This document shows, in pieces, positions 63,401-64,000 of a stretch of DNA of 64,000 nucleotides. The notes beneath the pieces were generated by a model that saw nothing but the letters and a program-made list of their open reading frames with translations, searched no databases and was not told where the DNA came from. Source of the DNA: Planctomycetota bacterium (GTDB taxonomy: Bacteria > Planctomycetota > UBA1135 > UBA2386); contig JBKAGP010000001.1 in assembly GCA_046290465.1 (NCBI GenBank), forward strand, positions 1 to 64,000, read 5' to 3'. A program made the position numbers and the translations under genes. Within the stretch, counting starts at the first letter, position 1. Every line of letters begins with the position of its first letter.

Positions 63401-63497
63401 TGGCGTTCTGCTCGAGCAGGGTGACGGCCGCGGCGATGTGCTCGGGCGGGCTGTCGAACTCGGCACAGAGACGATCGAGGGTGGCTTGGGATGCCAT
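60405..63497 (-). CDS. tex: Tex/YhgF-family transcription accessory protein with an S1 domain
   Basis: YLSRYRR, RMLALRRAERE, NLRSQLLAPP, ISLGRRLQDPLLEL, LDATPIHP, FGAFVDLG...DGLVHISQ. Confidence 0.9.
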   Translation of the reverse strand: MASQATLDRLCAEFDSPPEHIAAAVTLLEQNATPAYLSRYRRYELGNLPEDRLVALAERLHLLNELEQRRATILQQAEERGRKTDELEQTLANTADQDLLDDYYQSMRPRRRGIAMQMEEKGLLPLALAIQHRQFGDAAITTVPAPKVEVAERAPKPAAAEPQEAAAGEGAGEAAADAPTEPAAEQAEAAPSDEAPTPAEAAAPTEAEAAPSEAAAAEAAAAEAPSTVESSTDESSTGESLTGESSTGESSTDGPSEPDPVAEPAAEPAAGQAPSEAPASDAATDAPADAPADAPAGASEPAGEPVPDVDLRKLAEPYVSADNDLPTPEAALEGALLILADRILHDPATRARFRDELRRGILRAKPVNPDGDPGKYKQFFDFAEPINRIPANRMLALRRAEREKILRLELGLKKGHHRTVLRSLHAKDAVPGTQLGDFYDLVFDSAAKGLQEVCGNDVRRRLKEKADREAMRTYGRNLRSQLLAPPLGSKKVLSLRTSGKAIWAVLLNEDGSIGQHKTMPTDNDEQKQGALNLLVEWIQNEKPHAIAVPHGRRQAGSEKIVTRLREALGETPLPMVVPVDEAASTIFATSTGGKKAIPGVEVGVRTAISLGRRLQDPLLELARMEVRTLGLGQTLDDVHQGTLQRELGRVKSSCLAEVGCDVNTSGADVLQMIPGLGHERAQALVKHRKGKGGFQARTDVQEVESINDACYRNIVGFLRLTGGSEPLDATPIHPDDYELVRAIAQAKGCEPIELIGKNLRDVDADALSSDELPKARVVSVLQQLGRAGHDSRGELMATANEGVHTLADLHQDRELKGRIASLTEFGAFVDLGIGQDGLVHISQIPGHRLRDPNQMLRVGEVVTVWVLNVDTQKQKISLSMHQPRHLAEGRLPTLGERMEQQKGRRRGRGDRGPRGQGRGEGQEGRRPGAAGGRPGGGGGRRGGPGGGRDGGGRDGGGRDGGGRGFGGDRGFGGGRGRDGGGRRGGPREQRIYTVEPAREVEEQRTEKGEVTSLSSLRNLLSRQDDDNKKA

Positions 63498-63671
63498 GTT
63501 GGAACTGGTGGGCGCCAGGGGATGGTGGCGAATGGGTCGAGCACGATAACAAGCGAGCCGGCGTAGTCGCCCGCGGACGCCAACAAATCCCCGGAAACCC
63601 CGCCGAACGGCTGCGGTGCGCATGCGGCATCTTGGTTGCTCCGCGGGCCCCGAGGCCGCAACATCGTCGCC

Positions 63672-64000
63672 GTGACTCGAGCCGTCGACCGCAGCAAGAT
63701 CGAACGCATCTGGATCCGCACCCCGAACTGGCTCGGGGACTTCGTGATGGCGACGGCGAGCTTCCAGCGGGTGCGCGAGGCGTTTCCGGATGCCCATGTG
63801 ACCGCGGGAATGCGTCCCTACCTGCGCGACATGGTCACCGGCAGCGACTACTTCGACGAGATCGTCGACACGCCGAAGGGCGGCGGCCTGCGCGGCCTGT
63901 GGCGACAGGTCGCCGACATGCGCTCGCGTCGCTTCGACCTCGCGATCGTGCTGCCCAACTCGCCGGCGACCGGCCTGGTGCCGTTCCTTTCGGGGGTGCC
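63672..64000 (+). CDS. GT9 LPS heptosyltransferase (WaaF-like), 3' partial
   Basis: IRTPNWLGDFVMA...FPDAHV...RRFDLAIVLPNS; runs off the window. Confidence 0.85.
   Translation, partial: MTRAVDRSKIERIWIRTPNWLGDFVMATASFQRVREAFPDAHVTAGMRPYLRDMVTGSDYFDEIVDTPKGGGLRGLWRQVADMRSRRFDLAIVLPNSPATGLVPFLSGV

Overview
GC-rich bacterial chromosomal window. The 16S signatures and the short 5S rRNA point to Planctomycetota, probably a lineage outside class Planctomycetia (inference). In order it holds: a frameshifted IS1-like transposase between 20-bp inverted repeats; a TPR/HExxH lipoprotein; ispA-dxs-nadK; a Ski2-like helicase; an orphan FtsQ-like gene; a 6x83-bp palindromic tandem array; and a serine hydrolase. 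The main accessory feature is an ~18-kb aryl-polyene/xanthomonadin/flexirubin-like type II PKS cluster (17743-35429). It has two KS/CLF pairs, two flavin-dependent halogenase-family genes, an O-methyltransferase and a degenerate ligase-dehydratase fusion, but no ketoreductase or aromatic-starter gene. Further right are a thioredoxin-like protein, an ELWxxDGT-repeat protein, gatCAB, comF, an SSS symporter, a linked rRNA operon with tRNA-Ile/Ala, an ABC exporter with an orphan kinase, a candidate ~230-nt sRNA convergent with a small Sm/Hfq-like ORF, a NUDIX-like gene, tex and a partial GT9 heptosyltransferase. A family of REP/MITE-like palindromes sits between convergent genes. Clustered small deletions at the window start and in the 23S gene suggest consensus errors. 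All calls come from reading motifs by eye; no database search was run.
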